This document shows positions 11,767 through 24,263 of a stretch of 64,000 nt of DNA, piece after piece. This stretch comes from Octopus vulgaris (Eukaryota). A program made the position numbers and the translations under genes. Below the pieces are notes generated by a model. That model saw only the letters and a program-made list of their open reading frames with translations, was not told the origin of the DNA and made no database searches. The stretch covers positions 16,244,001 to 16,308,000 of the forward strand of contig OX597840.1 of the NCBI GenBank assembly GCA_951406725.2, read 5' to 3'. Position 1 is the stretch's first letter; every line of letters starts with the position of its first letter.

Positions 11767-12410
11767 TAGCAGTATCGCCCGGCGTTGCTCGGGTTTGTAA
11801 GGGAAATAACTATATAAGCATTTTTAGAGAGTTATAGCCAAAAAATAGCAAAAAATGCATTAAAATGGGAAAAAAATGATGGTAATTTTTTTTTTAAATC
11901 GTTGACTCATCGTAGACATTTTTAGAGAGTTACTTCCCTTATATAATAGCGAAAAAATGCATTAAAATGGAAAAAAATGATGTTAAATTTTTTTTTAAAA
12001 TCGTAGACTCATCGTAGACGCGCGCTAATACCCAGAAGGGCTCGATATGAATCACGACTATAAGATACCCGAATTTGGTTAAACTGCACCGCAAAATGTG
12101 GGAGTAGTTAGGAATCTAAATCGAAGGAGACAGACACACAACTTCACTTTTATATATAAAGATATGTATATATATATGTGTGTGTGTGTGTGTTTGTGTG
12201 TCTGTGTCCCCCTCCCCCAACATCGCTTGACAACCGATGCTGGTATGTTTGCGTCCCAGTAACTTTGTGGTTCGGCAAAAGAGACCGATAGAATAAGTAC
12301 TAGGCTTACAAAGAATAAGTCCCGGGGTCGATTTGCTCGACTAAAGGCGGTGCTCCAGCATGGCCACAGTCAAATGACTGAAACAAGTAACGAGTAAAGA
12401 GTAAGAGAAG
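11579..12410 (+). mobile_element. Abundant SINE family A (head gagtggctgtgtggtaag; central TA/TG tract; tail ggtgctccagcatggcc...actgaaacaag), here split by a Helitron
   Basis: Further copies near 18120-18520(+), 28302-28665(+), 31145-31530(-), 39182-39515(+), 51652-52060(+), 52063-52450(-), 56362-56775(-), 60450-60830(-), 61853-62005(-) and 62120-62270(-). Confidence 0.88.
11766..12162 (-). mobile_element. Non-autonomous Helitron
   Basis: Minus strand 5' TCTTTATATATAAAAGTG... and 3' hairpin CCCGAGCAACGCCGGG then CTAG. Inserted between A and T with no TSD. Confidence 0.85.
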
Positions 12411-13109
12411 AAATGCAAAAACAAACCCACCTGGGAAAGCAGCATATAGAAAATGCGGAAGGTTAAAAAACGGAAAACGAAAAAAATTGAAATGTAAAAA
12501 GTGAAAAGAGTTATCTTCCTTTAAGAAGGGTGGTAAAATATCCTTTCTACTCTAGGCATAAGGCCTGTTTTAGTCTATGGAGATTCCGATTCTGAAAAAA
12601 AAAATCTTCAAAACTCGCAACTTCAAAATTTCAATTCCCCCCCTCCCCCATTTCTTCATTTTTCACTTTTTCTGGAAATTTTGTTTTTGCGAAATATGTA
12701 CAAAAATACGGATATTATGAGTCTGAAAAAAATTGTTTGTAAAATTAGTTTTTCAAAAAAATTTTAAATTATCCCAACCCCCTCACGATTCTACGGCCTT
12801 GGTCTTCAAACAGGCTATTCACATGCTAGAAATAACAGCCAAATCTCACAAAACTGCGATGACATAATGAAAGAAATATGTAATCAATCTACTCACCTTT
12901 CTGCAAAAATTTCTTTCAGAGCAATTTCCCACAGTAATACGACAAAGTGAAATTAAAATGATCATTTGAGGAAATATTGAAGCAGCTTGCTCCAGAGAAA
13001 ATAATGGATTTTGCCACAACCATAACGCGTTTCCACACAAGATATGAATGAACACTTTTCACTTTGTCACAGTATTTCTTTCCTTTTTCAAAAGAGTTTT
13101 CTGCTACTG

Positions 13110-13367
13110 TTCTATATTTAAGAGATGAGGAATTACGTGCATTGTTTACATATGACGGATATTTGTCCTCATCTTGTTTGTTGTTGACACAACATTTCAG
13201 CTGATATACCCTCCAGCCTTCTTCAGGTGTCTTGGGGGAAATTTCGAACCTGGATTCTCATTCCTAAGGTATTTTTCAATGTTATTATTATTATTGTTCA
13301 GGTCACTGCTTGGAATCGAACTTGGAATCTTGGGGTTAGTAGCCCGCGCTCTTAACCACTATGCCAT
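13110..13367 (-). mobile_element. tRNA-headed short element carrying a minimal hammerhead motif
   Basis: Head TGGCATAGTGGTTAAGAGCGCGGGCTACTAACCCCAAGATTCCAAGTTCGATTCC. Hammerhead motif at 13186-13231. Same family as 15950-16428. Confidence 0.78.
13186..13231 (-). ncRNA. Minimal type-I hammerhead ribozyme-like motif
   Basis: gacac CUGAAGA a GGCUGG-agggtata-UCAGCU GAAA UG UU gtgtc, with stem I gacac/gtgtc. Confidence 0.65.
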
Positions 13368-14335
13368 TTTTGAGAGAGCTAGCAATTTTGAGGGAACAAG
13401 GATTTGTCAATGCCAGAAACCCCAGTATCTGATTGGTACTGTACTTTATTGACCTTGAAAAGATGAAAGGCAAATCGCCCTTAGCAGGTTCTGAACTCAG
13501 AACTTTGTCCTAAACTAAACAACAGCAATATAGTTCAGCTCTACTTTAGAATTCAACCGGCTAGAAATAACACTAAAGCCACTCACAAATCATAACCTGC
13601 TGTCTTGAAAAAAGAAGGACCTATTTGAGAATAAGGCAATCCGAATATGAAAAAGATGGGATGGCAATGGCTGGAGCGATTTTATAAGTATACAAAAATG
13701 AAGCTGACCTTGAATTTAAACAGCAATAACAAAAATAACAAACCATATAAAGAAGTAAACAAAAAATCGTCAAATCCACATTTTTAAAAAATCATTTTAT
13801 TTCTCTATTTAATTTTTTTTTCAAAAAAAGAAATTTAAAAACAAAAAATATAAACAATAAAAATAGAAATATTTCAGTTATTTCTTACAAAGAAATACAA
13901 ATTATTTTAAAAGTGAACTTGGTAGTATTTATATATATATTTTTTTCCCTAAATAGTGTTTTCTTTTCTTTCTTCTTGTGTCTACTGGACCCATTATACA
14001 AGTAGTTAATTTTTAAAATCTTTCCTTATCTTCCCACCCCAATCCTCAAGTTTAATCCCCTGCCACTTTTCAGACCCTCTGATCATAGCCCAAACCGATC
14101 ACGACCTTCACCTCTGTATTTCTCGTTTCTCTCTCTCTTATTTAGTTTCAGCCATAGAACTCTAACCATCCTGAGGACACATGTGGCTAGGACTGTTTGT
14201 GTGTTTATGGATATGTGTATGTATATATATATATATACACACCCACATATATACATCTATTTATCTATCTATAATCCTAGACATGTATGTATGCGTGTGT
14301 AATATATATATATATATATATATACACATACATAC

Positions 14336-14366
<31 letters not shown>

Positions 14367-14765
14367 TACATACATTTATGTGTGTATCTGTATACATAGA
14401 TGAACACGCACATAAATATCTAAATATGTAACCTATGTCAGATAATTCTATTGAATGTCAATAAAATTATTATAAAGACTTGTACTGAGTTCTTTGTTAA
14501 GTTCAAAGTTAAGCTTTTATTCAAATAAAAACACTCAATTCTCTCTCCAAACACACACAAATTCTTTTACTTGTTTCAGTTACTGGACTATGGTCATGCT
14601 GGAGCACCACCCTGACAGCTTGATATAATAAGTACCACACAAGTACTGAGAAGAGCTTTTAGTTTTTTCACTTTTAATTAAAATAAGTAACCCCCTTTCC
14701 CTTCTTACTCCCCACACCAAAGAATTAATTAATTAAATGAAATTTTCAAACTGTTAATCTGGTGT

Positions 14766-15815
14766 TCAAGAACTGTCATCAGAACTACTGGCAACTCCAA
14801 AAATTTCTTCCTCATCCTTTTTGTTATCTGGTTCATTCTCTCCATCACTGGCAGAACCAAAGATCTGTTCTTCGTCTTCCTTGTTCTCCTCCTCCATCTC
14901 TTCTTCGGCTTCACTCTCGCTGCTCGAACCGAAAATTGCTTCCTTGTCCTTCTTGTTCTCGTTTGCTTGGGCCTCGCTTTCTGCCTCACTCTCACTCCCA
15001 CTGTCGCCAGCTTCTTTTTCACTTCCGCTGCCACCTTTTGCTTCCTCTTCCTCCTCTTCCTGACCAGCCTTTTCACTTCTTTCATCACCACTGCCAGCAC
15101 CACCTTCACCTTCACTACTGCTACTACTGCTGCTGCTCTTTCTGCGGCTGCTGGCGGCACTGCGGTTGCTTTTCTTGCTGCTGGCGCTGCTGCTGCTGCC
15201 ACCAGACTTGACACTCTCGTTGTCACTGCTGTTGCCACCGTCGCTGCCCTCCACCGATTTCTTATCACCGTCATCCTCCTTTGCTGACCCTTCCTCTTCC
15301 TCTTTGCCAGACCCTTCCTCTTCGTCCTCCTCCTCTTCCTCTTCTTCTTCTTGCTGTGGTTCCAGCATGGTCAGCCGGACATTCTGTGCTGTGATTTCCT
15401 TGTCATATAAGTCGCGGTGTTTGACAATCAGCCTTGACTTAGCCACCTGAGCGGCACCGGCCCCCGTTTTACGCCTTTTGCTCAGCCGTACACGCGTTTC
15501 CAACTCATTGTAGTAGACGACATCGTCACGAAAGATAAAGAAGTATGTCTCCTCATAGCCCTTCGATAGCTTGTTCTTGACATTCCAGTTGTATTCGCGA
15601 GCCAGCGTATAATCATAGAAATCATCAGGCTGATACAAGATGTCGTCAGTTTGGTCCTGCTTTCTTTTGTTGCAGGTCTCCTCTGTTGGCAAGAAATACG
15701 CCACAAACTGCTCACCACTCTCGTCAACGGCACCTCGGATCATAGCTTGAGACATCTCTTCAGCTTGAACAGATGGGGTCCGTGCCTTTGGAGCAGGATC
15801 AGAATCGAAGATGAC
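14766..15815 (-). CDS. PAF1: RNA polymerase II-associated factor 1, last coding exon
   Basis: Acceptor tctttag|GTC ATC TTC GAT (VIFDSDPAP). Contains MSQAMIRG...QFVAYFLP...[10 protein letters not shown]...YEETYFF...[15 protein letters not shown] and an acidic/Ser-rich tail. Stop TGA at 14768-14766. Confidence 0.96.
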   Translation of the reverse strand, partial: VIFDSDPAPKARTPSVQAEEMSQAMIRGAVDESGEQFVAYFLPTEETCNKRKQDQTDDILYQPDDFYDYTLAREYNWNVKNKLSKGYEETYFFIFRDDVVYYNELETRVRLSKRRKTGAGAAQVAKSRLIVKHRDLYDKEITAQNVRLTMLEPQQEEEEEEEEDEEEGSGKEEEEGSAKEDDGDKKSVEGSDGGNSSDNESVKSGGSSSSASSKKSNRSAASSRRKSSSSSSSSEGEGGAGSGDERSEKAGQEEEEEEAKGGSGSEKEAGDSGSESEAESEAQANENKKDKEAIFGSSSESEAEEEMEEENKEDEEQIFGSASDGENEPDNKKDEEEIFGVASSSDDSS

Positions 15816-15949
15816 CTAAAGACAAGAAAGAAAAAAAAAACATATAAGAAATCAGAAGAGGAGGAGATATTAAGACATTTTAATCAAAAGTCTGAGAGAC
15901 ACAAAAGCAGGAGAATCATAGAGGATTTGAATTATATATTTGTGCAGTT

Positions 15950-16428
15950 CTATATTTAAGGGATGAGGAATTATTGACATTATTTACATTCGACAGATAT
16001 TTGTCCTCATCTTGGTTGTTGCTAACACAACATTTCGGCTGATATACCCTCCAGCCTTCTTCAGGTGTCTTGGGGAAATTTCGAACCTGAGTTCTCATTC
16101 CTAAGGTATTTTTCAATGCTATTATTATTATTATTATTATTAGTGTTCAGGTCACTGCTTGGAATCGAATGGGCATATGGCGTAGTAGTTAAGAGCAAGG
16201 GCTACTAACCCCAAGATTCTGAGTTCGATTCCAAGCAGTGACCTGAACACTAACAACAACTACAAAAATAATAATAATAACAACATCGAAAAATAACTTA
16301 GGAATGAGAACCCAGGTTTGAAATTTTCCCAAGACACCTTATGAAGCCTGGAGGGTATATCAGCCAAAACGTTGTGTTAACAACCAGCAAGATGAGGACA
16401 AATATCCGTTGAATGTAAATAATGTATA
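15950..16428. mobile_element. Inverted pair of the tRNA-headed hammerhead element (minus copy 15950-16169, plus copy 16171-16428) in the PAF1 intron
   Basis: The arms are reverse complements. tRNA-like head at 16171-16243. Hammerhead motif intact at 16024-16069 (-) and decayed at about 16333-16378 (+). Confidence 0.82.
16024..16069 (-). ncRNA. Minimal type-I hammerhead ribozyme-like motif
   Basis: gacac CUGAAGA a GGCUGG-agggtata-UCAGCC GAAA UG UU gtgtt. Confidence 0.7.
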
Positions 16429-17069
16429 TATTTGTGGCCTCCCATGTAACCCATGTTACCAATTACAGGACATAGTATTTGGTTTATAAAATAACTAGGC
16501 CCACAAAGTCCCTGTCTATCATAACAGGTGACTGAAAGGGCATCAAGAAGGGCTTCCTGCTGTAAAATATTGTCTTAGGGATCTCCTAACCCATGCCAGG
16601 AAGGGAGATCAAAACCAGTAATGGCAATGGTGGTGGTAGTGGTGGTGAGGGCGAGGTGATGATTGTAATGATGAAATTGTGTGACAGAGCATCAACCATT
16701 TCATTGTCTCTAAGCTATGTGAGATAATATAGTGCACCACCACCACCACCACCACCACCTAGCACTTACAAACACCTGAGCCAAGCCTCTGGGTCTTGGC
16801 AATAACTTTACCTCCACCTTTACCCTCACCTGACATTCTTTGGAGTGTCGTCCTTTCACTGACTAAGTCTAGCAGAGAGGGGGAAAACCCCCTCATTTTT
16901 GTTTTAATCCTCAATGTATGGACATGCTGCAGTCAGTATGGCCTGTTACTTTGTTTTTTTTTATGACAAATTTGTGTTTATAATTTCTAATAACATTTTA
17001 AATAAAAAATATCCTAGTTGTTAACTACTGTATTTGATGGCATATGGACATGTTAGATGCACCCCAGTG

Positions 17070-17352
17070 AAGGTGCATGGCTCAGTGGTTAGAGTATTGG
17101 GATCACAATCATGAGGTGGTGAGTTCAATTCACAAACTGGGCTGTGTTGTGTCCTTGAGCAAGGCACTTTATTTCATGTTAATCCAGTTTACTCATCTGT
17201 AGAAATAAGTTGTGACATCAGTAGTGCCAAACTGTATTGGTCCCTTTTGCCTTTCCCTTGGATAACATTGGTGGCATATGGAGAGGAGAGGCTGGCATGC
17301 ATGGCTGACTGCTAGTTTTCCATAAACAACCTTGCACACAGACTTGTGCTTG
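17070..17352 (+). mobile_element. tRNA-derived SINE family B (second copy 54228-54562)
   Basis: Head tggctcagtggttagag...gagttc(a/g)a and a shared body cttgagcaag...ctttatttca...ttcccttggataaca. Confidence 0.8.
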
Positions 17353-19669
17353 TGATTATTTAGTGGTTACTGAGGTGTGTCAGTCTCAAGCATGATTTGA
17401 AACGGCTTGTTTTCATCACAGTTTTATCAATCAAAATAATCCACGGTACCAGAGCATCCAGATATGATTTGCTTTGAGAGGTTTTAGGTTGATTTTTTGC
17501 AACCCTAAAGATTCCACTTGCACATCCACAGCAAACAAGGCACAGGGCCAGACTTTAGATTGTGTAGGTGTATTTTTACCCACTCCGATGTTTACACACG
17601 GCCAGTTATATGTTGCTTTGTAAATTAGTGTCAACCAAACAGAAAATATCGTCTACAAAGAAGTTTTGTAATCATATTGATATTATCGAAAGGAATATGA
17701 TTCATAACTTAAATAAGGAAATTTGTGAACTTTGAATGTATAAATAGGTGTATAAACAACTAAAATAAAAGTATATCTAAATAACATTTTTTTCTTAATA
17801 CTTTTTATGTAGTGGTTGAAGGAAGCTCTGGTTTTCATTTGGAGTGGTCCACATAATCATTCACGATTACAGAGGCTGGGAGCTTATTTCAGTTTGGGAG
17901 TGAATCGTTATCACATGTCACTTAGTCACAAACATGTCATATAACTGCAATAGAATGCTGTATCACCATCAATAATGTGATTTCCCAGTAATCTATCAAG
18001 TCCATTTACACATTTCTCAATACATATATTGCTGTTATGACTTCCCTCCCTCATTTTATGCCTCCATCGTAGATTTGCTAGTAATAACAATGATGATGGT
18101 GATTTCAAATTTCAGCATAGGTACAGGAGCGGCTGTGTGGTAAATAGCTTGCTTACCAACCACATGGTTTCAGGTTCAGTCCCACTGATGGCACCTTGGG
18201 CAAGTGTCTTCTACTACAGCCTTGGGCTGACCAAAGCCTTCTGAGTGGATTTGGTAGACGGAAACTGAAAGAAGCCCGTCGTATATATGTAATATATATA
18301 TGTGTGCGTGTGTGTGTGTGTGTCTGTGTTTGTCCCCCCCAACATCGCTTGACAACTGATGCTTCAGTTGCGTCCCCGTAACTTAGCGATTCAGCAAAAG
18401 AGACCGATAAAATAAATACTAGGCTTACAAAGAATAAGTCCTGGGGTCGATTTGCTTGACTAAAGGCAGTGCTCCAGCATGGCCATAGTCAAATGACTGA
18501 AACAAGCAAAAGAGAGTATAAAACCAGCAATATTGGGGGCTGGGGTAAGCTGATAACCTCAACCCCAGTATACAACTGGTTCTTACTTTATCAATCCCAG
18601 AAGGATGAAAGGCAACTCAGAATAAAGAGATGGGCAAAATGCCAAGCGTTTTGCCTGGTGTGCTAATGATTCTGCCAGCTTGCTGCCTTAACGAAATGCT
18701 GCTAAGCATTTTACCTGGCATGCTAACAATTCTGACAACTCACTGGCATCATCATCAACGTCTGTTGTCCATGCTGGCGTGGGTTGGACAGTGTAACCAG
18801 AGCTGGCAAGCCAGGGGACTGCACCAGATTCCAGTCTGATTCAGCATAGTTTCTATGGCTAGATGCTCTTCCTAATGCCAACCACTTAACACAGTGTGCT
18901 GGGCGGTTTTACGTGGCACCGAATGAATGCTTTTACATGACGTCCCATGGGCACTTTTACATGATACCACGAGTGCTTTAACGTGTCACCACATCATCAT
19001 CATCGTTTAACGTCCATTTTCCATGCTAGCATGGGTTAGATGGTTCGACCGGGGTCTGGGAAGCCAGGAAGCTGCACCAGGCTCCAGTCTGATCTGGCAG
19101 TGTTTCTACAGCTGGATGCCCTTCCTAACACCAACCATTCCATTAGTGTAGTGGGTGCTTTTTATGTACCACCGGCACAATGTTTTGAATTAATCATGCA
19201 CTATCTCATAGCATCAAGACCTCAATAATGCGACTTCATCTTCAGATGGCATTGAAGAGTTGGTGTGAGAGGCCAGATCTGGCCAGTTGGAACATAAGGC
19301 TGGTTTCACTCTTTGGCATTCAGATTACTCTGTCAAATTTAATGCTTATTCATTCACAATGTTTTCAGTTAATCATGCAGTATCCAATATCTTTGAGATT
19401 TCAATGATGATTGTTTATTTTTACAATGACATTGTAAGATTGGTGTGAGAGGCCAGATCTAGCCAGTCAGAACGTAAAGCATGTATAATATTTGGGCTTG
19501 GTTTAACTCTTTAGCATTCAGATTACTCTGTCACATGTAATGCTCATGGGTGCTTTTACGTGTCAGCACACAGGCGTTTTTATGTGGCACTGCCATGGGT
19601 ACCATGTGTAATATTGATAATAGCTGTATCAGTAATAGCTATAAGGTTTGAACTTATAATAATTCTTAA

Positions 19670-19889
19670 CCCTTTTGATACCAACCCAGCTGAAACCGCC
19701 TCTGGCTCTAGTAAAAATGTCTTGTTTTTAACAGTTCTGAATTAAAATCTTCCACCAAACCTTAGTCACAATTTATGCTCCTAACACCAGCTTAATGATA
19801 ACTAAGTTATTTTACTAAATTCTTTGTTGTATTTAAAATTATTTGAAAGAAACACAGAACATCTAAAAAAAAATACAGTAAAGAAAGGG
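19670..19889. mobile_element. piggyBac-type MITE
   Basis: TTAA|CCCTTTTGATAC ... GTAAAGAAAGGG|TTAA. Further copies at 59691-59912 and a partial one at 59944-60150. Confidence 0.85.
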
Positions 19890-19906
19890 TTAAGCTGTTC
19901 CCTTAC

Positions 19907-20560
19907 CTGAGCAAAGGGGTGTTTCCAAAGATCAAAATCAGGAAAGACAGGTAAAATCTCAACTGGGGTGACACCAGGTTTGCTGTAATGTTTAGCAATG
20001 TTAGTTTTGGCATTTTCAAAAGTCTTTTCAATGGCCTTAATTTGGCTATCGCGGTCCTTATATAGATCCTCCTCTTTCATTATCTGCTTCAATTTGAAGC
20101 CGACCTTTGTTTCATGTTTGTCAGATTTCTGTATGAATCGATTATATTCTGTTGAAATATACTCAGTCTTACGCAACCATGACACTGAAGTGTTGTGGTG
20201 ACGGGAACGACGGGAATCGTGTAGAGTGTTGATCTCTTCCTCAAGAAGTCTCTCATCTTCAGAGTCAGCGTAAATGTTTGGGCTCAACTTGTAGGTTTCT
20301 GGGTTGATTAGATCAATCGTTACCCCAAGATCATGTTCTGTGAGCATGTCGTACTTGTAAGTGCGTTCCAGTGAGGTGGGTTTGTACTGGATGAAACGGT
20401 TTGACTCGAATGGATATGTAATGAACTTGGGATCAAACGGAATGTCAGGCAGTGTGTTATTGTATTTGACACGACACACCAGCTCAGATCTCTTCTCCAC
20501 AACATTGCGGTTTTTCCTCTCTCGCTCCTCCCGTGGGCCGGTCTGCACTGTCGGAGCCAT
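19907..20560 (-). CDS. PAF1: RNA polymerase II-associated factor 1, first coding exon
   Basis: MAPTVQT...[24 protein letters not shown]...[11 protein letters not shown]...[15 protein letters not shown]. Phase-0 donor CAG|gtaagg. Upstream acceptor (ttccgttgtag) starts the exon at 20596. Confidence 0.96.
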
Positions 20561-20869
20561 GTTGAACTATTGTGAGTTACTTTCAAAATATTTGGGCTAC
20601 AACGGAAAAAGAAAGAAAAGAAAAATAGAATAAATATCTCTTTTCTTTGAAACATGGATCTTTAAGCACATAAAGCTACACTTAATAGCATCTAAATTTT
20701 AGTTTCAAATTTTGGGACAAGGCCATCAATTTGAGAAGGGTTAAGTCAATAACACTGACCCCCAAACTCAACTGGTACTTATTTTATCAACCCCGAAATT
20801 TAAACTCAGAATGTCATTAAGCATTTTGCCTGGCATGCTAACAATTCTTAATAATAATAGAGTGTCCTC

Positions 20870-21130
20870 TATTGGACCTAAGAAGCATCAGATGTGGTGT
20901 GCAAGAGAGACGACTGTACTGGTATGGTCATGTGGCGAGAATGGATGAGGACAACTGTGTGAAAATGTGCCACACCCTAGCAGTTGGGGGAACCTGTGGA
21001 AGAGGTAGACCCAGGAAGACCTGGGATAAGGTGGTGAAGCATGACCTTTGAACATTAGGCCTCACCGAGGCAATGACTAGTGACTGAGACCTTTGGAAAT
21101 ATGTTGTGCTTGAGAAGACCCAGCAAACCA
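20870..21130 (+). pseudogene. RTE-clade LINE 3' fragment
   Basis: Translation ERRLYWYGHVARMDEDNCVK...GRGRPRKTW with stops. A similar fragment lies at 51130-51330. Confidence 0.8.
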
Positions 21131-22059
21131 ACTGAGACCATAACCTCGTGGCCTATGCCAGGGATGTAACCAGCTCACTTGTGCATACCTTTCCTTCATT
21201 GGACACTAAAATCTGCTTGCGAAGATCTGTTGAGGCAAGTGAAATCGAAATCAAATTCGATGACTGGCATCCGTGCTAGTGGAGAGCTAATAGTACCATC
21301 CGAGCATGATCATTGCCAGAGCAGTTAACTGGCTTCCATGCTGGTGGCACATAAAAAGCACCATTTGAGTGTGGCCGTTGCCAGTACCGCTTGACTGGCC
21401 CTCATGCCGGTGGCACATAAAAGCACCCACTACACTCTCAGAGTGGTTGGTGTTAGGAAGGGCATCCAGCTGTAGAAACTCTGCCAGATCAGATTGGAGC
21501 CTGGTGCAGCCGTCTGGTTTGCCAGCCCTCAGTCATACGTCCAACCCATACTAACATTGAGAGCGGACGTTAAACGATGATGATGATGATGAATAGCTTC
21601 AAATTTTGGCACAAGGCCAGCAAGTCTGGGAGAGAAGGTAAGTCGATTACATCAACCTCAGTGCTCAACGGGTAGTTATTTTATCAACCTCAAAAGGGTG
21701 TAAAGTAAAGCTGACTTCAGTGAAATTAGAACCCAGAAAGACATGAAATGCCACTAAGCATTTTGCCCAGTAAGCTAATGATTCTGCCAGCTTGCCGCCT
21801 TATAGCATGTTGAAAATCCCTTTTGGACAGAAAAATTCAAAAGCAGTCACGTCTACAGAAGATGTGGGTTTGTGTCTATGGGCAGCCTCCAAATTTTTCT
21901 ATCCAAAAGAGTTTTTTTCTTAACCCAATATTTACATGATATTATTTATAGCTTGTGTGTTTCAAGACCCATTAGTCCATGGTCTCCCAAAAGATTAACC
22001 TAGCAAAGATCAAAGTTGTTGTTAGTAAGAAAGAAGATAAAACTCTCAGGCCCTGCTCA

Positions 22060-22760
22060 ATATGTATGAAAGGAGTTGGAAGAAATATAATTCACTGCAC
22101 CCAGTGTAAACAATAGACACAAGAGGTGCAGAGGAATCACAGGTAGATTAACAAATAAAGTAGTCTTTGTATGTGGCAGATGTGAAGGAACAATAAGCAC
22201 TAAGAGCACACAGGACTTAGATTCTCTCAAATGCCCAGGAGGCTCTCTTGAAGTTGTAGATGGTTTCTGTTATCTAGGTGACCAAATTAGCAATGGTGGA
22301 GGATGTTCTGAAAGTGTTGTTTCTCGAATAAGAACTGGATGGGGGAAGTTCAGAGAGCTATTACCTCTGTTGGCAACAAAAGGACTGTCTCTCAGAGTGA
22401 AAGGTAGACTATATGATGCTTGTGTGTGAATGGATATACTCCATGGAAGTGAGACATGGGCTCTGGATGCAGAAGACATGCATGTAGACCAGAGAGAAAT
22501 AAAGGTATGTTACGTTGGATGTGCAACATCAGTGCACATGTATGACAAAGTGCAAGTGTACTGAGAGAAAAGTTGGGCATAAGAGGAATCAAATGTAGCA
22601 TGCAAGAGAGAAGACTACGTTGATTTGGACATGTGATGTGTATGAATGAGGACAGCTGCATAAAGAAGTGCCGATCACTGAAAGTAGATTGTACCAGCAG
22701 AAGAGAGAGACCCAGGAAGACGTGGGATGAAGTGGAAAGGACCGATCTCGGAATGTTAAA
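22060..22760 (+). pseudogene. RTE-clade LINE RT C-terminal fragment
   Basis: LEVVDGFCYLGDQISNGGGCSESVVSRIRTGWGKFRELLPLL...LHGSETWAL...RPRKTW with frameshifts and stops. Confidence 0.85.
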
Positions 22761-23418
22761 AAAGATCCCATGTATCATCAGGGTGAGAGAAACAAATTCA
22801 TAAATATGGTGTTGAATGTGGTTTCACTATGGAAAAAAGTCAAGGCTGGTTTAGCTATTGTTTTTAGCACATCTCCACTGTTGGGATCTTTTCTAAAACC
22901 TTTTTCTATTACTCAGACGAAAAATAAATGAATCTAAAAATTTTTTTCAAACTTATTTCTATTAAACAAAAAAAAATTATTTATGAATTTCTTTCTCTTT
23001 GAAAGTCCACTCCCCACCAGCTTTGAAAAAATTTTCCGTACAAATTTCTTTATAATTATAATCTATGCTGTTTGAGAGGTATTTATATAAAATTTCATGA
23101 AAAGATATCCATTTTCCCCAAAGTTATGAGGGAAAAAAATCGGGTTGTGTGAATTTTCCGAAAGTCCACTTTCCATCCCTTCAGAAAATTTTCCTAAAAA
23201 AATTTCTTTATGAACGTAATCTGTTCCATTTGAGAGGTATTTATATAAAATTTCATTCAAAGATATCAGTTTTCCTAAAAATTATGAGGAAAAAAATCAG
23301 ATCTTGTGAATTTTCTGAAAGTCCTCTCCCCACCCACCCCTGGTTTGTTTGCATAGATTTTTGTTTTCATATTTGTTTAATACGCATATTTTTTATACCT
23401 ATTACACTTTTTTGGGGG

Positions 23419-24196
23419 GGATCTTTTCCTTTTGAACGGCATATGTCAACACAATTTCTAGTTAACTAAACACTTTTAAACTTCATATACTGGTAGAATG
23501 TGTTTATAAAACATCATTTTTTTCTTGGCTTTATTGAGAAAATTCTATATGTTGTAACATATTTCCACTTTAGAATCGAGCATTTTGGCAATTTTAACCA
23601 ATCGCTTGCCTCCATTTGGGGTGAAAACATTCTGTACTGTATGAATATGTCCCTCAGAAACAGATTGGGTTTATTTACATTTGCAAAGAAAAAAAGATGC
23701 CCTTCCCCTACCCCTAACCCCAAAACAGATTGAAATGCAATAGATCGATACTAGGGTTATAATTATGGGTGACATTTTCATATGACACCGCTACGGAAAA
23801 TTGGATTTTTTCCTAGCGGTGTCAAATGAAAATGTCACCCATAATTATAACCCTAGTATCGATCTATTGCATTTCAATCTGTTTTGGGGTTAGGGTTAGG
23901 GGTGGGGGAAGGGTATCTTTTTTTTCTTCGCAAATGTAAATAAACCCAATTTGTTTCTGAGAGACCTATTCATACAGCACGGAATGTTTTCACTCCAAAT
24001 GGAGGTGAGCGATTGGTTAAAATTGCTGAAATGCTCGATTTTAAAGTGGAAATATGTTACAAACTATAGAATTTTCTCAATAAAGTCAAGAAAAAAAATG
24101 ATGTTTTATAAACACATTCTACCAGTATACGAAGTTTAAAAGTGTTTAGTTAACTAGAAATTGTGTTGACATATGCCGTTCAAAAGGAAAAGATCC
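23419..24196. mobile_element. Second full copy of the GGATC foldback element
   Basis: Same TIRs and palindromic arms as 8789-9593. No clear TSD is preserved. Confidence 0.9.
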
Positions 24197-24263
24197 TTTT
24201 TTTTGTTTTGTTGACCAGGAGTTAAACTAATTCTTTCCTAAATAAATTGCACTTCATATTCGA

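Noticed and set aside
8121-13000. Possible eighth hemocyanin unit (FU-h) after the FU-g donor
   Set aside because: No PYWDW or HH-type motifs or long ORF downstream, and a nearby acceptor gives an immediate stop.
14729-15450. Several overlapping ORFs in other frames and strands
   Set aside because: Shadows of the low-complexity PAF1 tail.
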